Below, piece after piece: positions 20,937 through 34,506 of a stretch of 64,000 nucleotides of DNA; within the stretch, counting starts at the first letter, position 1, and the number at the start of each line of letters is the position of its first letter. This stretch comes from Flavobacteriales bacterium. GTDB taxonomy: Bacteria > Bacteroidota > Bacteroidia > Flavobacteriales > UBA7430. The notes beneath the pieces are model-generated. The model worked only from the letters and a program-made list of their open reading frames with translations, made no database searches and was not told the origin of the DNA. The stretch spans positions 1,511 through 65,510 of the forward strand of contig JAKMFX010000027.1 of the NCBI GenBank assembly GCA_022425195.1, read 5' to 3'. Position numbers and translations under genes: made by a program.

Positions 20937-22244
20937 TTACATTCCTGATCTACCCGTCAAACGTCCCGATTTCATCAAACCATCATAATGACGATTCAAT
21001 AGGTAACCCTCAATTTGTTGTAGTGTATCTAAAACAACACCTACCATAATCAAAAGAGAGGTCCCTCCAAAGAATTGTGAGAAGGACTGGTTGATACCAG
21101 CATTCATTGCAAAGGCCGGAAGAATAGCAATAAATGCTAAAAATACAGACCCTGGCAATACAATTCTCGACATCACTCCATCTAAGAAAGTAGCCGTATC
21201 CTTACCGGGCTTAACCCCAGGAACGAAACCACCATTACGTTTTAAATCATCAGCCATTTGGTTCGTATTCACCGTAATTGCTGTATAGAAATAAGTAAAC
21301 AGAATGATCAAAAGTGCGAATGCAAAATTATACCAAAAACTTGAGAAATCAGAGAAAGTAGTTACGAAATTTTGTACACTTTCAGACTCTGATAATCCAG
21401 CAAAAGTAATGGGTATAAACATAATTGCTTGTGCAAATATAATAGGCATCACTCCGGAAGCATTTACCTTCAAAGGAAGATATTGTCTAGCGGCAGAAGC
21501 TTGTGCTGTAGCACCTCGTTTTGCATATTGAATCGGAATTCTTCTCACCCCCTGCACCAATAGCACAGAAGCAAAGATTACCACCAATAAAATTAACAGT
21601 TCTACGAGAATGACTAAAGGATTCACTCTACCTACTTCGAACAAGAATGCCTGAGGTAGGACTGCAATAATACCCACCATAATAAGTAGTGAAATACCAT
21701 TACCAATACCTCGATCCGTAATCTTCTCACCTAACCACATCGCAAACATAGTTCCGGTAACCAAGATGATAATACTAGAAAACCAGAAAGTACCACTAGA
21801 CAACAAGAACGCCTCAGCTGGAAGCGTGGCTTTTAGGTTAGCAATGTAACCGGGCGCTTGAAAACAGGTAATTACAACCGTTAGATATCGGGTAATCTGA
21901 CTGATTTTCGTACGACCACTTTCTCCGTCTTTTTGCAATTTCTGCAAGTAAGGTACAGCCATCGTCATTAACTGAATAACAATAGATGCTGAGATGTAAG
22001 GCATAATACCCAAAGCCATAATAGAGGCTTGAGAAAATGCGCCACCGGTAAACATATTTAATAAGCCTAATAGACCGTCAGAGGTTTGATTCTGTAAAGC
22101 ATCAAGCTGCTGCGGATCAATACCTGGTAGTGCGACAAAAGAACCCAATCGGTAAATGAGCAAGAACCCTAGTGTTGTAAGGATTCTATTTCTTAGTTCT
22201 TCTATCTTCCAGATGTTCTTAATTGTCTCGATCAATTTCTTCAT
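20937..22244 (-). CDS. secY: Preprotein translocase subunit SecY
   Basis: 435 aa polytopic protein, between rplO and map. GIMPYISASI and GGTSLLI motifs. Confidence 0.97.
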   Translation of the reverse strand: MKKLIETIKNIWKIEELRNRILTTLGFLLIYRLGSFVALPGIDPQQLDALQNQTSDGLLGLLNMFTGGAFSQASIMALGIMPYISASIVIQLMTMAVPYLQKLQKDGESGRTKISQITRYLTVVITCFQAPGYIANLKATLPAEAFLLSSGTFWFSSIIILVTGTMFAMWLGEKITDRGIGNGISLLIMVGIIAVLPQAFLFEVGRVNPLVILVELLILLVVIFASVLLVQGVRRIPIQYAKRGATAQASAARQYLPLKVNASGVMPIIFAQAIMFIPITFAGLSESESVQNFVTTFSDFSSFWYNFAFALLIILFTYFYTAITVNTNQMADDLKRNGGFVPGVKPGKDTATFLDGVMSRIVLPGSVFLAFIAILPAFAMNAGINQSFSQFFGGTSLLIMVGVVLDTLQQIEGYLLNRHYDGLMKSGRLTGRSGM

Positions 22245-22259
22245 GATAATGAGAGCCTA

Positions 22260-22709
22260 TTAAAGGGTTGTAGCTGCACCGCCTGCTGCTTCGATAGCTG
22301 CTTGTGCTGTAGCTGTAAATTTATGAGCAGAAATGGACAACTTAGCTGTCAAAGCCCCTCTACCCAAAATTTTAACTAAATCGTTTTTACGTGCCAAACC
22401 ATTAGACACCAAAACTTCTAGCGTTACCTCATCTTTAATTTTCTTCGTGTCAACTAGAGCTTGAAGTGTATCAAGGTTTATCCCCTTATATTCAACACGA
22501 TTGATGTTCTTAAATCCAAATTTAGGAACACGACGTTGTAAAGGCATTTGACCACCTTCAAATCCAATCTTTCTCGAGTAACCCGATCTAGATTTTTGTC
22601 CTTTATGTCCACGAGTGGAAGTACCACCGTGACCAGATCCTTGTCCACGTGCAATACGTTTTTTATTTTTCACCGAGCCCGTAGCCGGTTTCAAATTACT
22701 TAAATTCAT
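22260..22709 (-). CDS. rplO: 50S ribosomal protein L15
   Basis: RGQGSGHGGTSTRGHKGQKSRSG block. Confidence 0.97.
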   Translation of the reverse strand: MNLSNLKPATGSVKNKKRIARGQGSGHGGTSTRGHKGQKSRSGYSRKIGFEGGQMPLQRRVPKFGFKNINRVEYKGINLDTLQALVDTKKIKDEVTLEVLVSNGLARKNDLVKILGRGALTAKLSISAHKFTATAQAAIEAAGGAATTL

Positions 22710-22731
22710 CTTACGATTCCTTTAATAGTTC

Positions 22732-22914
22732 TTACTTAACTTCTTCTACTTCTACCAAGTGCTTTATCGCATTCACCATTCCTAAAATCTGAGGAGTAGC
22801 TTCTTGCTCAACAACTTGATTGATCTTCTTGAGACCTAATGCCGTTAAAGTTCTCTTTTGACGCTCTGGTCTATCGATCTTACTTCGGACTTGTTTGATT
22901 TTTATCTTGGCCAT
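22732..22914 (-). CDS. rpmD: 50S ribosomal protein L30
   Basis: 60 aa with MAKIKIKQVRS...TLTALGL. Confidence 0.95.
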   Translation of the reverse strand: MAKIKIKQVRSKIDRPERQKRTLTALGLKKINQVVEQEATPQILGMVNAIKHLVEVEEVK

Positions 22915-22922
22915 CTCTGTAC

Positions 22923-23450
22923 TTATTTAGCGTTAAAGACCTTACTCATCGAAATACCTCTTTGAGCGGCTACAGAACGAGCATCTCTAAGTTGCAATAA
23001 AGCATCCATCGTTGCTTTCACAACGTTATGAGGGTTTGAAGAACCTTTAGATTTTGCCAAGATGTCGTGAATACCTACAGATTCAATTACTGCACGCATC
23101 GCACCACCGGCGATAACTCCTGTACCATGAGATGCAGGTCGCATAAAGATACGAGAACCACCAAATTTACCGTTTTGTTCGTGAGGAATGGTTGCATTCA
23201 CTACAGGAATACGGTATAAGTTTTTCTTTGCATCTTCAGTTCCTTTGGTAATTGCAGAAACAACTTCCTGAGCTTTCCCCATTCCGTGTCCTACCACTCC
23301 ATCTTCGTTTCCAACAACCATAATCGCTGAAAAACTGAATGTTCTACCACCCTTAGTCACTTTAGTAACACGTTGTATACCTACTAAACGCTCTTTAAGT
23401 TCTAAGCCAGATGGCTTTACCTTTTCTAGGTTGTAATATTTACTTGCCAT
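22923..23450 (-). CDS. rpsE: 30S ribosomal protein S5
   Basis: [14 protein letters not shown] block. Confidence 0.97.
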   Translation of the reverse strand: MASKYYNLEKVKPSGLELKERLVGIQRVTKVTKGGRTFSFSAIMVVGNEDGVVGHGMGKAQEVVSAITKGTEDAKKNLYRIPVVNATIPHEQNGKFGGSRIFMRPASHGTGVIAGGAMRAVIESVGIHDILAKSKGSSNPHNVVKATMDALLQLRDARSVAAQRGISMSKVFNAK

Positions 23451-23456
23451 AATTTC

Positions 23457-23810
23457 TTAGAATTTAAGTCCGCCTTCTCTAGCTCCATCGGCCAAAGATT
23501 TAATTCTTCCGTGGTATAAATAACCGTTTCTGTCGAAAACACATTGCGTGATTCCTGCAGCAACAGCTTTTTCAGCAAGGGCCTTACCAACAATGTTGGC
23601 TTGTTCTATTTTCGTCCCCTCAGCCTTAACAGCTTTATCAGTAGATGCAGCAGCTAACAATGTAGTTCCTGCCAAATCATCGATCAACTGAGCGTAAATC
23701 GATTTGTTACTTCTAAAAACTGAAAGTCTTGGAGTCGTAGCTGTACCATCGATGTTCTTACGAACACGCATTTTGATACGCTTTCTTCTGTATTCTTTTG
23801 ACAATGCCAT
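23457..23810 (-). CDS. rplR: 50S ribosomal protein L18
   Basis: [19 protein letters not shown] and [13 protein letters not shown]. Confidence 0.97.
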   Translation of the reverse strand: MALSKEYRRKRIKMRVRKNIDGTATTPRLSVFRSNKSIYAQLIDDLAGTTLLAAASTDKAVKAEGTKIEQANIVGKALAEKAVAAGITQCVFDRNGYLYHGRIKSLADGAREGGLKF

Positions 23811-23821
23811 AGCTTCTATTT

Positions 23822-24373
23822 TTAGCCTGCAGTTTTACCTGCTTTTCTTCTAATCTCTTCACCAACAAACTTCACACCTTTTCCTTTGTAAGGTTCAGGC
23901 TTTCTCATTGATCGGATTTTTGCCGCGACCATTCCTATGAGTTGCTTGTCATGAGAACTTAATTTAACAATTGGGTTTTTACCCTTTTCAGATACAGTTT
24001 CTACTTTTACTTCAGCACAAACTTCAAACACAATGTTGTGAGAGAAACCTAAACTGAGTTCAAGTTGTTGACCTCTATTAGAAGCACGGTAACCTACTCC
24101 GACAAGTTCGAGTTCTTTTGTATACCCTTTTGAGACTCCTTCAATCATATTAAAAATCAAAGCCCGGTATAAACCGTGTTTTGCTCTAGATTCTTTTTGA
24201 TCATTAGGTCTTTCGAGAGTAACAACTGAATCCTCGACTCTTACGGTGATGGGTTCTGTGACCTGCAGAGATAATTCCCCAAGCTTACCTTTAACAGTCA
24301 CTTCATTTGATGAAGATACTGCTATGGTAGTTCCTTCAGGGACTACGACCGGTTGTTTACCTATTCTTGACAT
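23822..24373 (-). CDS. rplF: 50S ribosomal protein L6
   Basis: [15 protein letters not shown]-terminus. Confidence 0.97.
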   Translation of the reverse strand: MSRIGKQPVVVPEGTTIAVSSSNEVTVKGKLGELSLQVTEPITVRVEDSVVTLERPNDQKESRAKHGLYRALIFNMIEGVSKGYTKELELVGVGYRASNRGQQLELSLGFSHNIVFEVCAEVKVETVSEKGKNPIVKLSSHDKQLIGMVAAKIRSMRKPEPYKGKGVKFVGEEIRRKAGKTAG

Positions 24374-24393
24374 TTCTTAACGTTTTCCGTTGA

Positions 24394-24792
24394 TTAATAA
24401 ACGTAACATATTACTTCTCCACCCACATTCAGTGAGCGTGCTTCTTTATCCGTCATCACCCCTTTAGAAGTTGAAACGATGGCTACACCTAGACCATTCA
24501 ATACTCTTGGCATGGAAGCCGAAGAAGAATACTTACGTAGACCAGGTTTGGAAGCTCTTTTCAAAGAGGTAATCGCAGGCATTTTTGTAATTGCGTTGTA
24601 TTTCAAAGCAATCTTAATACTACCTTGTGCATTGTTACTTTCGAACTTATAGTTCAAGATGTAACCTTGATCTTTTAAGATCTTAGTTATTTCTTTCTTT
24701 AGATTTGATGCAGGTACTTCAACAACTCTGTGGTTCGCCATGATGGCGTTACGAAGTCGCGTTAAGAAATCTGCTATTGGATCTGTATACAT
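24394..24792 (-). CDS. rpsH: 30S ribosomal protein S8
   Basis: [13 protein letters not shown] block. Confidence 0.97.
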   Translation of the reverse strand: MYTDPIADFLTRLRNAIMANHRVVEVPASNLKKEITKILKDQGYILNYKFESNNAQGSIKIALKYNAITKMPAITSLKRASKPGLRKYSSSASMPRVLNGLGVAIVSTSKGVMTDKEARSLNVGGEVICYVY

Positions 24793-24813
24793 AATTTTGT
24801 AAGTTTTATCAGT

Positions 24814-25083
24814 TTACCAACTTGCTTTTTTAACACCTGGAATTAATCCGAAGTTAGCCATCTCACGAAATGTTACACGCGAAACGCCAAACTGACGCAT
24901 ATATCCTTTAGGTCTTCCTGTCAACTTACAACGATTGTGTAGTCGAACTGGAGAAGCATTCTTTGGGAGTTTTTGCAAACCCTCATAATCTCCAGCAGCT
25001 TTTAACGCTGCACGCTTTTCAGCGTATTTGTCAACCATTTTTTGTCTTTTAAGCTCTCTGGCTTTCATTGATTCTTTTGCCAT
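24814..25083 (-). CDS. rpsN: 30S ribosomal protein S14 (long, zinc-independent form)
   Basis: 89 aa with [21 protein letters not shown] and terminal KASW. Confidence 0.95.
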   Translation of the reverse strand: MAKESMKARELKRQKMVDKYAEKRAALKAAGDYEGLQKLPKNASPVRLHNRCKLTGRPKGYMRQFGVSRVTFREMANFGLIPGVKKASW

Positions 25084-25088
25084 CCTTC

Positions 25089-25637
25089 TTATTTTTTAAA
25101 TGGTAAACCAAATTCCTTTAACAATTCAAAAGCTTCTTTATCGGTATTTGCTGATGTTACCATCGTGATGTCCATACCAGTAATCTTATTCACCTGATCA
25201 ATAAAGATTTCAGGAAATATGATTTGCTCTTTGATACCTAAGTTGTAGTTTCCTCTTCCGTCAAAACCTTTTGGATTGATACCGTGAAAGTCACGAACCG
25301 CAGGTAAAGCAGTAGATACTAAACGATCTAAGAATTCATACATTCGCTCACCGCGTAACGTAACACGAACACCTACAGGCATCGCCTTTCTTAGTTTAAA
25401 GTTAGAGATATCCTTCTTAGAAAGTGTAGGCACTGACTTCTGTCCCGTAATACGAGACATTTCGTCGACAGCAACATCAACTAATTTCTTATCTGTAGTT
25501 GCTTCACCAACACCTTGGTTGATACAAATTTTCTCTAGCTTTGGCACTTGCATGATGTTTTTGTAACCCATGCGCTCCGTGAGAGCCGCAACAATCTCGC
25601 TGCGATATTTCTCTTGTAGTCTTGGAGTGTACGACAT
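25089..25637 (-). CDS. rplE: 50S ribosomal protein L5
   Basis: Position and family blocks ([21 protein letters not shown]). Confidence 0.97.
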   Translation of the reverse strand: MSYTPRLQEKYRSEIVAALTERMGYKNIMQVPKLEKICINQGVGEATTDKKLVDVAVDEMSRITGQKSVPTLSKKDISNFKLRKAMPVGVRVTLRGERMYEFLDRLVSTALPAVRDFHGINPKGFDGRGNYNLGIKEQIIFPEIFIDQVNKITGMDITMVTSANTDKEAFELLKEFGLPFKK

Positions 25638-25951
25638 TATAGAACCTCCCCTGATTTTTTAGAGTATCTCACCAACTTACCCTCTTCGTTCAATTTTCTT
25701 CCTATACGGCTCGCTTGACCTTTCGAATCAACCACCATAAGGTTAGAAACATGAACAGAAGCTTCACTCTTAACAATTCCTCCTTGAGGACTTGCAGCGC
25801 TAGGCTTTGTATGTTTCGATACCATGTTAATACCTTCTACGAAGGCTCTTTTTTTCTCGAGATCGACAGAAACTACTTTTCCAGTTTTACCGTTGTCGGT
25901 TCCTGCAAGTACTTTTACTGTATCTCCTTTTTTAATGTGTAATTTCGACAT
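25637..25951 (-). CDS. rplX: 50S ribosomal protein L24
   Basis: [25 protein letters not shown] motif. Confidence 0.97.
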   Translation of the reverse strand: MSKLHIKKGDTVKVLAGTDNGKTGKVVSVDLEKKRAFVEGINMVSKHTKPSAASPQGGIVKSEASVHVSNLMVVDSKGQASRIGRKLNEEGKLVRYSKKSGEVL

Positions 25952-25962
25952 CCTAAATGGTT

Positions 25963-26331
25963 TTATAACACCTCTGGTGCTAGTGAAACTATTTTCATGT
26001 ACTGCTTATCACGTAATTCACGGGCAACGGGCCCAAAAACACGTGTACCTCTCATTTCTCCAGTAGTGCTCAACAATACACAAGCATTGTCATCAAATCG
26101 AATATACGATCCATCTTGACGACGTACTTCCTTTTTTGTACGAACAACCACAGCAGTAGAAACTTGACCTTTCTTTACAGTACCAGCAGGTATTGCTGCT
26201 TTAACCGTAACGACAATCTTGTCTCCCAATGAGGCATATCTTCTGCGAGTACCACCTAATACACGAATACAAAGTACTTCTTTGGCTCCGGTATTGTCGG
26301 CTACTTTTAAACGACTTTCCTGTTGTACCAT
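25963..26331 (-). CDS. rplN: 50S ribosomal protein L14
   Basis: [19 protein letters not shown]-terminus. Confidence 0.97.
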   Translation of the reverse strand: MVQQESRLKVADNTGAKEVLCIRVLGGTRRRYASLGDKIVVTVKAAIPAGTVKKGQVSTAVVVRTKKEVRRQDGSYIRFDDNACVLLSTTGEMRGTRVFGPVARELRDKQYMKIVSLAPEVL

Positions 26332-26332
26332 T

Positions 26333-26590
26333 TTACTTTGCTCTTTCTAGGATTTCTACTACTCTCCAATTCTTGGTCTTACTCAACGGACGAGTTTCCA
26401 TGATGCGAACGGTATCACCGATATTGCAGTCATTTTTGTCGTCGTGAGCAACAAACGTAGAACTTTTCTTTACAAACTTTCCGTACATCGGGTGTCTCTC
26501 TTTACGTTCGATAGATACCGTTACGGACTTGTCCATTTTGTTGCTTTTTACAACACCAACACGTTCTTTTCTAAGATTTCTAGTTTCCAT
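26333..26590 (-). CDS. rpsQ: 30S ribosomal protein S17
   Basis: 85 aa with [13 protein letters not shown]...HPMYGKF. Confidence 0.95.
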   Translation of the reverse strand: METRNLRKERVGVVKSNKMDKSVTVSIERKERHPMYGKFVKKSSTFVAHDDKNDCNIGDTVRIMETRPLSKTKNWRVVEILERAK

Positions 26591-26597
26591 TGTTGTT

Positions 26598-26792
26598 TTA
26601 TGCTTCTAGTTCTCTTCTTCTAACTTCTGTTAGAATACGCGCAACTGTTTTCTTTGTTTCACGGATTTGAACAGGGTTTTCAATAGGAGATACTGCATGA
26701 GCCAAGTTTAACTTGTTCAATGTAGCTCTTTCCTCTTTGAGTTTTCCTACCAACTCCTCAGTTGACATTTCAATTATTACAGCTTGTTTCAT
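26598..26792 (-). CDS. rpmC: 50S ribosomal protein L29
   Basis: 64 aa helical protein located between rplP and rpsQ. Confidence 0.9.
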   Translation of the reverse strand: MKQAVIIEMSTEELVGKLKEERATLNKLNLAHAVSPIENPVQIRETKKTVARILTEVRRRELEA

Positions 26793-26809
26793 CGCTAATA
26801 TTTTGTCGC

Positions 26810-27232
26810 TTAAGCTTCAACGTAATCTCTTCTGACTACGAACTTAGTTGTTATAGGTAGCTTCTGTGCAGCCAAGCGAAGTGCTTCTTTAGCAACTTCC
26901 AAAGGCACACCGTCTAACTCGAACATGATTCGTCCTGGTCTTACAACGGCAGCCCAATATTCTGGAGCACCTTTACCTTTACCCATACGTACTTCTGCGG
27001 GTTTCTTTGTAATCGGTTTGTCTGGAAAAATACGGATCCACATTTGTCCTTCACGCTTCATGTAACGCGTTGCAGCGATACGTGCAGCTTCAATTTGACG
27101 AGAAGTGATCCAACATTCATCCAAAGCTTTGATAGCGAAAGATCCAAAAGCAATCTGGTTACCACGTCCGGCATTACCCTTCATGCGGCCCTTTTGCATT
27201 TTACGGAACTTCGTTCTTTTTGGTTGTAACAT
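26810..27232 (-). CDS. rplP: 50S ribosomal protein L16
   Basis: [20 protein letters not shown]-terminus. Confidence 0.97.
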   Translation of the reverse strand: MLQPKRTKFRKMQKGRMKGNAGRGNQIAFGSFAIKALDECWITSRQIEAARIAATRYMKREGQMWIRIFPDKPITKKPAEVRMGKGKGAPEYWAAVVRPGRIMFELDGVPLEVAKEALRLAAQKLPITTKFVVRRDYVEA

Positions 27233-27260
27233 CTTTCTTACGTTTTAGTAGAGCTTATTA

Positions 27261-27980
27261 CTACTTTCTTTTTCTACGTTGTGAACCACCTCTGGCTCCA
27301 CGACCTGACTTCTTCGGTCCTTTCGATAGTGTCTCGATAGGCGTTAAGTCACGTTTACCATACAATTCACCTTTGCATATCCAAACCTTCACTCCTAATA
27401 CACCATAGGTCGTGTGAGATTCAACAAGGGCATAATCAATATCTGCACGGAAAGTATGTAAAGGCGTTCTACCGTCTTTATACATTTCTGAACGAGCCAT
27501 TTCTGCACCATTCAAACGACCAGAAACTTGAATTTTGATCCCTTCAGCACCCATACGCATCGCAGAAGCAATCGCCATCTTTACCGCACGACGGTAAGAG
27601 ATACGTCCTTCAATTTGGCGAGCAATAGATTGACCTACTAATTTGGCATCAATTTCAGGTCTTTTGATCTCATAGATATTCACTTGAACATCTTTTTGAG
27701 TTAGCTTCTTCAGCTCTTCCTTCAAGCGATCTACTTCTGAACCACCTTTACCGATAATGATACCGGGTCTTGCCGTACAAATGGTAATCGTAACGAGCTT
27801 TAAGGTACGCTCGATAATCACTTTAGACACGCTTGCTTTAGCTAAACGAGCATCAATATACTTTCGTATTTTACTGTCTTCAGCTAATTTATCACCGAAG
27901 TCTTTTCCGCCATACCATGCCGAATCCCATCCTCTGATGATTCCCAAACGGTTTCCAATTGGATTAGTCTTTTGTCCCAT
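27261..27980 (-). CDS. rpsC: 30S ribosomal protein S3
   Basis: [14 protein letters not shown]-terminus, a KH domain and a basic tail. Confidence 0.97.
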   Translation of the reverse strand: MGQKTNPIGNRLGIIRGWDSAWYGGKDFGDKLAEDSKIRKYIDARLAKASVSKVIIERTLKLVTITICTARPGIIIGKGGSEVDRLKEELKKLTQKDVQVNIYEIKRPEIDAKLVGQSIARQIEGRISYRRAVKMAIASAMRMGAEGIKIQVSGRLNGAEMARSEMYKDGRTPLHTFRADIDYALVESHTTYGVLGVKVWICKGELYGKRDLTPIETLSKGPKKSGRGARGGSQRRKRK

Positions 27981-27986
27981 ATCAGC

Positions 27987-28391
27987 TTATTCTTTTTCTG
28001 ATTTGCTTCCCACCACGATGGTAACGTGATTTGAACGCTTTCTAATTCTGTGAGCTCTCCCTTGAGGAGCCGGACGTAAACGTTTCAATACTCGAGCACT
28101 GTCGACTTGAATTTCTTTTACAAATAAACCGCTATCTTCCATTCGAGCGTCTTCATTCTTGGCTTGCCAATTGGCAACAGCCGAAAGAAGAAGTTTCTCT
28201 AACCGATTGGAGGCCTCTTTGGTGTTGAATTTAAGTATCTGGAGAGCTTTGTTTACCTCAACTCCACGTACTAAATCAGCCACAAGACGCATTTTTCTCG
28301 GGGAAGTAGGGCAATTGTTTAGCTTTGCAAAAGCCACGTTTGCACGCGCTTCTTTCAACGCTACTGCCGTATTATGTTTTCTTTTTCCCAT
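27987..28391 (-). CDS. rplV: 50S ribosomal protein L22
   Basis: [14 protein letters not shown] block. Confidence 0.97.
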   Translation of the reverse strand: MGKRKHNTAVALKEARANVAFAKLNNCPTSPRKMRLVADLVRGVEVNKALQILKFNTKEASNRLEKLLLSAVANWQAKNEDARMEDSGLFVKEIQVDSARVLKRLRPAPQGRAHRIRKRSNHVTIVVGSKSEKE

Positions 28392-28409
28392 GATTAAGGC
28401 TTAATTCTG

Positions 28410-28688
28410 TTATCTTTTACCTTTATCTTTTTTACCACCATGACCTCTGTAGGTTCGGGTAAGGGCAAATTCGCCCAACTTATGACCTACCATGTTTTCA
28501 GTTACGAATACAGGTATGAACTGACGACCGTTGTGTACAGCAATCGTTTGACCTACAAAATCAGGCGTAATCATCGAGGCTCTAGACCATGTTTTGATTA
28601 CCGATTTTTTGTTAGCCGCAGCATTTGCTAGAACTTTCTTTTCTAGCTTGAAGTGTACGTAAGGTCCTTTTTTTAGTGAACGCGCCAT
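28410..28688 (-). CDS. rpsS: 30S ribosomal protein S19
   Basis: [11 protein letters not shown] and VHNGRQF...GHKLGEF. Confidence 0.97.
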   Translation of the reverse strand: MARSLKKGPYVHFKLEKKVLANAAANKKSVIKTWSRASMITPDFVGQTIAVHNGRQFIPVFVTENMVGHKLGEFALTRTYRGHGGKKDKGKR

Positions 28689-28694
28689 AACTTT

Positions 28695-29519
<825 letters not shown>

Positions 29520-29526
29520 AACTTAA

Positions 29527-29817
29527 TTAAATATTGCTATAAAAATCAATACTTTCTCCTTCAGCTATATCAACAATAGCTTTTTTGTAAGAATTGGTTC
29601 TACCACTCACAACGCCACCTTTCGTGTTACGTGACTTTGCTTTACCAGGGTAAACCATTGTTCTAACTTTTTCAACAGAAACGCCGTACATCTTCTCTAC
29701 AGCATCCTTGATTTCGAGCTTATTAGCTCTTCTATCAACGATAAAACCAAAGCGATTGTACTTTTCGCTATCATCTGTCATCTTCTCGGTAATAACCGGT
29801 TTAATAAGAATGTTCAT
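29527..29817 (-). CDS. rplW: 50S ribosomal protein L23
   Basis: 96 aa, located between rplD and rplB. ITEK...F.V block. Confidence 0.93.
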   Translation of the reverse strand: MNILIKPVITEKMTDDSEKYNRFGFIVDRRANKLEIKDAVEKMYGVSVEKVRTMVYPGKAKSRNTKGGVVSGRTNSYKKAIVDIAEGESIDFYSNI

Positions 29818-29824
29818 CGTCTGT

Positions 29825-30451
29825 TTAACTTAAAATGTTCTCAATTTTCTCTACGGCACCTTCAGTCAATAAAACGGTCCCAGAGTTAAGTATCTTGTAA
29901 GTGCTTAATTCTGTGGCTGTTACAACCTGAGCGCGTTGTAAATTTCGCGACGACAAATATACATTTTTATTTGTATCCGCAACAACCAACAACGTTTTTT
30001 TGCCGTTCAAACCAAGGTCTCCAATCATTTTTGAATAAGCAGAAGTTTTAGGAGCTTCAAAATTAAAATTCTCTAAAACAACAATAGCTTCTTCTTTTGC
30101 TTTAATGGTAAAAGCAGATTTACGAGCTAAAGTCTTCAACTTTTTATTCAATTTGAAAGAATAACTTCTTGGACGAGGTCCAAAAGCACGACCACCACCA
30201 CGAAATACAGGAGACTTAATACTACCTGCACGCGCTGTACCCGTACCTTTTTGCTTCTTGATTTTTCGCGTACTACCTGTAATCTCAGCTCTCTCTTTAG
30301 ACTTGTGCGTACCTTGACGTTGATTGGCCAAATACTGCTTCACATCTAAATAAACAGCGTGATCGTTAGGTTCGATTGCGTAAATCGCATCATTTAAAGA
30401 TACTTTTCTTCCCGTATCTTTACCTGAAATATCTAATACTACTGCTTCCAT
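29825..30451 (-). CDS. rplD: 50S ribosomal protein L4
   Basis: [16 protein letters not shown] loop. Confidence 0.97.
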   Translation of the reverse strand: MEAVVLDISGKDTGRKVSLNDAIYAIEPNDHAVYLDVKQYLANQRQGTHKSKERAEITGSTRKIKKQKGTGTARAGSIKSPVFRGGGRAFGPRPRSYSFKLNKKLKTLARKSAFTIKAKEEAIVVLENFNFEAPKTSAYSKMIGDLGLNGKKTLLVVADTNKNVYLSSRNLQRAQVVTATELSTYKILNSGTVLLTEGAVEKIENILS

Positions 30452-31068
30452 TATTTCTCGATCGTTAAGAGTGAGTTTTTCGGTCCTGGTACAGAACCTT
30501 TAACAACTAAAAGGTTTTTATCCTTGATCACTTTTAAGACCTCTAAGTTGGCAACCGTAACTTGATCACCACCCATTCTTCCAGCCATGCGCATTCCTTT
30601 GAATACACGTGCCGGATAAGAAGCCGCACCAATAGAACCTGGAGCACGTAAACGGTTGTGCTGACCGTGCGTAGCATCACCTACACCACGGAAGCCATGA
30701 CGTTTAACAACCCCTTGAAAACCTTTACCCTTTGAAACACCAGTTACATCGACATATTCACCTTCGACGAAAAGCTCCACATCAACAACATCTCCTAAAT
30801 TCAATTCAGCATCGAAACCATCGAATTCCTGAACTTTTACTTTAGGGGTTGTTTTAGCTTTAGCAAAGTGACCGGTAAGTGCCTTACCTGTATTCTTTAC
30901 TTTCTTTTCGCCATAACCCAGTTGAATAGCCTCGTAACCATCTGTGTCGAGGGTTCTAACCTGTGTCACTACACAAGGACCAACTTCTAGGACCGTACAA
31001 GGGATGTTTTTCCCTTGGTCGTTGAAGATACTGGTCATTCCTACTTTTTTTCCAATTAAACCTGGCAT
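30451..31068 (-). CDS. rplC: 50S ribosomal protein L3
   Basis: [11 protein letters not shown]-terminus and [11 protein letters not shown]. Confidence 0.97.
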   Translation of the reverse strand: MPGLIGKKVGMTSIFNDQGKNIPCTVLEVGPCVVTQVRTLDTDGYEAIQLGYGEKKVKNTGKALTGHFAKAKTTPKVKVQEFDGFDAELNLGDVVDVELFVEGEYVDVTGVSKGKGFQGVVKRHGFRGVGDATHGQHNRLRAPGSIGAASYPARVFKGMRMAGRMGGDQVTVANLEVLKVIKDKNLLVVKGSVPGPKNSLLTIEK

Positions 31069-31093
31069 TTTTGTTTATTTAATGGATAAATAA

Positions 31094-31399
31094 TTAAACC
31101 TTGATTTCTACTTCAACACCACTTGGCAACTCTAATCTCATCAAAGCATCAACTGTTTTTGATGAAGAGTTGTAGATGTCTAGTAAACGTTTGTAAGAGC
31201 TCAACTCGAACTGCTCACGTGCCTTCTTGTTCACGTGTGGTGAACGAAGAACTGTATATATTCTTTTGTGTGTTGGAAGTGGGATCGGCCCATTAACAAC
31301 AGCACCTGTAGTCTTAACAGTTTTCACGATCTTCTCAGCAGACTTGTCTACTAAGTTGTGGTCGTAAGACTTTAGTTTGATTCTAATCTTTTGACTCAT
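31094..31399 (-). CDS. rpsJ: 30S ribosomal protein S10
   Basis: [12 protein letters not shown]...PLPT block. Confidence 0.97.
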   Translation of the reverse strand: MSQKIRIKLKSYDHNLVDKSAEKIVKTVKTTGAVVNGPIPLPTHKRIYTVLRSPHVNKKAREQFELSSYKRLLDIYNSSSKTVDALMRLELPSGVEVEIKV

Positions 31400-31409
31400 T
31401 ATATCCGAA

Positions 31410-33524
31410 TTAAGAGTTACCGTTAACTTTAGAAATCACATCTTCTGCAATGTTCTTTGGACAATCATCGTAGTGCGAAAACTCCATGGTTGAAGTTGCT
31501 CTACCAGAGGTTACCGTACGTAATGCGGTAACGTATCCAAACATCTCAGAAAGCGGTACAGTCGCTTTTATCACTTGTGCACCATTACGTGAGTCCATAC
31601 CTGCAACCTGACCTCTTCTACGATTCAAGTCGGCTACTACATCCCCCATATTTGCTTCAGGAGTAACCACCTCAAGCTTCATGATAGGTTCTAACAATGT
31701 TGGTGTAGCTTTCTTACAAGCTCCTTTGTATCCAATCTTAGCAGCAAGTTCAAATGACAAAGCATCTGAATCGACAGCGTGGAATGAACCATCAAAAAGA
31801 GTCACTTTCAAACTGTCCATAGGGTATCCAGCCAAAGGACCATTTACCATAGCTTGTTCGAAACCTTTTTGCACAGAAGGAATGAATTCTCTAGGAATTG
31901 CTCCACCTTTAATCTTATCTACGAATTCCAATCCTTCTTTCACTTCTTCTCCCTCTGCCGCAACAACAGGTTCGATTGTAAATTGGATATCGGCAAATTT
32001 ACCTTTACCACCGGATTGTTTCTTGTACGTTTCTCTGTGATCAACTGTACCACGGATCGCCTCTTTGTATTGTACTTGAGGCGCACCTTGATTACACTCA
32101 ACCTTGAACTCACGCTTCATACGATCAATTAGGATGTCTAGGTGTAATTCACCCATACCCGAAATTACCGTCTGACCTGTTTCTTCGTTGGTCGCTACAC
32201 GGAATGTTGGATCTTCCTCAGAAAGTTTACCAAGAGCCAATCCCATTTTATCCATGTCAGCCTTTGTTTTAGGCTCAACAGCAATACCAATTACCGGCTC
32301 AGGGAAAGACATCGATTCAAGAACGATAGGGTCTTTCTCAGAGTGAAGTGTATCACCCGTACGAATGTCTTTGAAACCTACACCTGCACCGATGTCTCCG
32401 GCACCAATATTGGTGATCGCATTTTGTTTGTTAGAATGCATTTGGAAAATACGAGAAATACGCTCTTTCTTTCCTGTTCTTGAGTTCCATACATAAGAAC
32501 CCGCATCTAAGTTACCTGAATAGACTCTGAAGAAACAAAGACGTCCTACAAATGGATCCGTCGCAATTTTAAAGGCTAAGGCCGCAAAAGGCTCCGTTAC
32601 ATCTGGCTTACGCTCTTCTTCTTCTTCTGTTTTAGGGTTGGTCCCTACAATAGAATCAATGTCCATAGGAGAAGGCAAGAATTCCATAACGGCATCTAAT
32701 ACTGCTTGAACTCCTTTATTCTTGAAGGCAGAACCACAGAACATTGGTGTAATCTTCATGTCATGAACAGCAGCTTTGATGGCCGCTTCAATCTCATCTT
32801 GTGTGATTGAATCTGGATCATCAAAGAACTTCTCCATGAGGTTGTCATCGTATTCAGCAACGGATTCGATTAACTTCTCTCTCCATTCTGCAACCACATC
32901 AACCAAATCCTCAGGGATTTCGATTTCATCATAAGTCATCCCTTGTGTGTCGTCATTCCAAACAATTGCCTTGTTCGAAATTAAATCAACCACTCCTTTA
33001 AAAGTGTCCTCAGCACCAATAGGTACTTGAAGAGGCACAGGGTGTGCTCCTAATCGCTCTTTAACTTGGGCAACCACGTTAAAGAAGTCTGCACCCGCAC
33101 GGTCCATTTTATTTACAAACCCAATACGCGGCACATTGTATTTATCCGCTTGACGCCATACCGTTTCAGATTGAGGTTCTACCCCACCAACGGCACAAAA
33201 TAAAGCAACAGCACCATCCAAAACACGTAATGAACGCTCTACCTCAACGGTAAAGTCAACGTGACCTGGGGTGTCAATAATATTCATTTGGTAATCACTA
33301 TCGCGATACTTCCAAAAACAGGTTGTCGCAGCAGAAGTAATGGTAATACCTCGCTCCTGCTCTTGCTCCATCCAGTCCATTGTAGCGGCACCGTCGTGAA
33401 CCTCACCAATTTTATGAGAAACACCTGTATAATATAATACACGCTCTGTCGTAGTGGTTTTTCCGGCATCAATATGTGCCATAATACCAATGTTACGAGT
33501 GAATTTTAGATCTCTTTTAGCCAT
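31410..33524 (-). CDS. fusA: Elongation factor G
   Basis: 704 aa with [12 protein letters not shown] (G1) and DTPGHVDF (G3). Only 10 nt separate it from rpsJ, and there is no tuf gene in between. Confidence 0.98.
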   Translation of the reverse strand: MAKRDLKFTRNIGIMAHIDAGKTTTTERVLYYTGVSHKIGEVHDGAATMDWMEQEQERGITITSAATTCFWKYRDSDYQMNIIDTPGHVDFTVEVERSLRVLDGAVALFCAVGGVEPQSETVWRQADKYNVPRIGFVNKMDRAGADFFNVVAQVKERLGAHPVPLQVPIGAEDTFKGVVDLISNKAIVWNDDTQGMTYDEIEIPEDLVDVVAEWREKLIESVAEYDDNLMEKFFDDPDSITQDEIEAAIKAAVHDMKITPMFCGSAFKNKGVQAVLDAVMEFLPSPMDIDSIVGTNPKTEEEEERKPDVTEPFAALAFKIATDPFVGRLCFFRVYSGNLDAGSYVWNSRTGKKERISRIFQMHSNKQNAITNIGAGDIGAGVGFKDIRTGDTLHSEKDPIVLESMSFPEPVIGIAVEPKTKADMDKMGLALGKLSEEDPTFRVATNEETGQTVISGMGELHLDILIDRMKREFKVECNQGAPQVQYKEAIRGTVDHRETYKKQSGGKGKFADIQFTIEPVVAAEGEEVKEGLEFVDKIKGGAIPREFIPSVQKGFEQAMVNGPLAGYPMDSLKVTLFDGSFHAVDSDALSFELAAKIGYKGACKKATPTLLEPIMKLEVVTPEANMGDVVADLNRRRGQVAGMDSRNGAQVIKATVPLSEMFGYVTALRTVTSGRATSTMEFSHYDDCPKNIAEDVISKVNGNS

Positions 33525-33543
33525 TTTCTTAACTCTTTAACAA

Positions 33544-34017
33544 TTAAAATCTAAAATGCGAGAACGCCTTATTGGCTTCCGCCATACGGTGAACATCAGT
33601 TTTCTTCTTAACAGACGCGCCCTCTTCTCTAGAGGCTGCCAGAACTTCATTAGCCAATCTCAGCGCCATGGTTTTTTCGTTTCGCTTACGCGTAAAAGAA
33701 ATTAACCATTTCATGCCTAAAGACAACTTCCTGTCTGGACGAATCTGCATTGGAATTTGGAAAGTTGCTCCACCCACTCTTCTACTACGTACTTCTACGT
33801 GAGGGGTAACGTTTTGCAACGCTTTTTTGAAAATTTCCAATCCAGTCTCTTCGTCTCCGCTCTTTTCTTCTACAATGTCAATGGCATCGTAAAAAATTCT
33901 GAACGCAGTACTCTTCTTACCGTCCAACATTAGGTTGTTCACGAAACGGGTTACTACCGTATCGTTAAACCTTGGATCTGGCAACAAGACTCTTTTTTTA
34001 GCTTTTGCTTTTCTCAT
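33544..34017 (-). CDS. rpsG: 30S ribosomal protein S7
   Basis: Family blocks ...[15 protein letters not shown]... Confidence 0.97.
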   Translation of the reverse strand: MRKAKAKKRVLLPDPRFNDTVVTRFVNNLMLDGKKSTAFRIFYDAIDIVEEKSGDEETGLEIFKKALQNVTPHVEVRSRRVGGATFQIPMQIRPDRKLSLGMKWLISFTRKRNEKTMALRLANEVLAASREEGASVKKKTDVHRMAEANKAFSHFRF

Positions 34018-34043
34018 TTTACTTTTTCTTCAGATTACTCTGA

Positions 34044-34418
34044 TTACTTTTTAGGTTTTTTAGCTCCGTACTTAGAACGTCTTTGGGTACGCCCATCAAC
34101 ACCTGCTGTATCCAAAGCACCACGAACGATATGGTAACGCACACCTGGAAGATCTTTTACTCTTCCACCACGTACCAAAACGATTGAGTGCTCTTGTAAG
34201 TTGTGTCCTTCACCCGGTATGTATGCATTTACTTCGTTTCCATTGGTCAACCTCACCCTTGCTACTTTACGCATCGCAGAGTTAGGTTTCTTCGGAGTCG
34301 TAGTATATACACGAGTACAAACACCTCTTCTTTGAGGACAAGCATCTAATGCGGCCGATTTACTTTTCTTAGTAAACTTTTCACGACCTTTTCGTACCAA
34401 CTGCTGAATAGTAGGCAT
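34044..34418 (-). CDS. rpsL: 30S ribosomal protein S12
   Basis: [13 protein letters not shown]-terminus and [14 protein letters not shown]. Confidence 0.98.
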   Translation of the reverse strand: MPTIQQLVRKGREKFTKKSKSAALDACPQRRGVCTRVYTTTPKKPNSAMRKVARVRLTNGNEVNAYIPGEGHNLQEHSIVLVRGGRVKDLPGVRYHIVRGALDTAGVDGRTQRRSKYGAKKPKK

Positions 34419-34475
34419 ATTGCTTTTTTTGTTTATAATTCGTTAACTTCAACATTCCCTAATTTTTAGGGATTG

Positions 34476-34506
34476 CAAATGTATAACTTTTAAGCTAGTA
34501 TACAAA
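34476..34506 (-). promoter_or_regulatory. Bacteroidota-type promoter of the ribosomal superoperon (TTTG-N19-TACATTTG)
   Basis: Minus strand: TTTG at 34506-34503, a 19-nt spacer, then TACATTTG at 34483-34476, which matches TAnnTTTG. About 57 nt upstream of the rpsL ATG. The inverted repeat CCCTAAAAATTAGGG (34471-34457) would sit at the 5' end of the transcript. Confidence 0.6.
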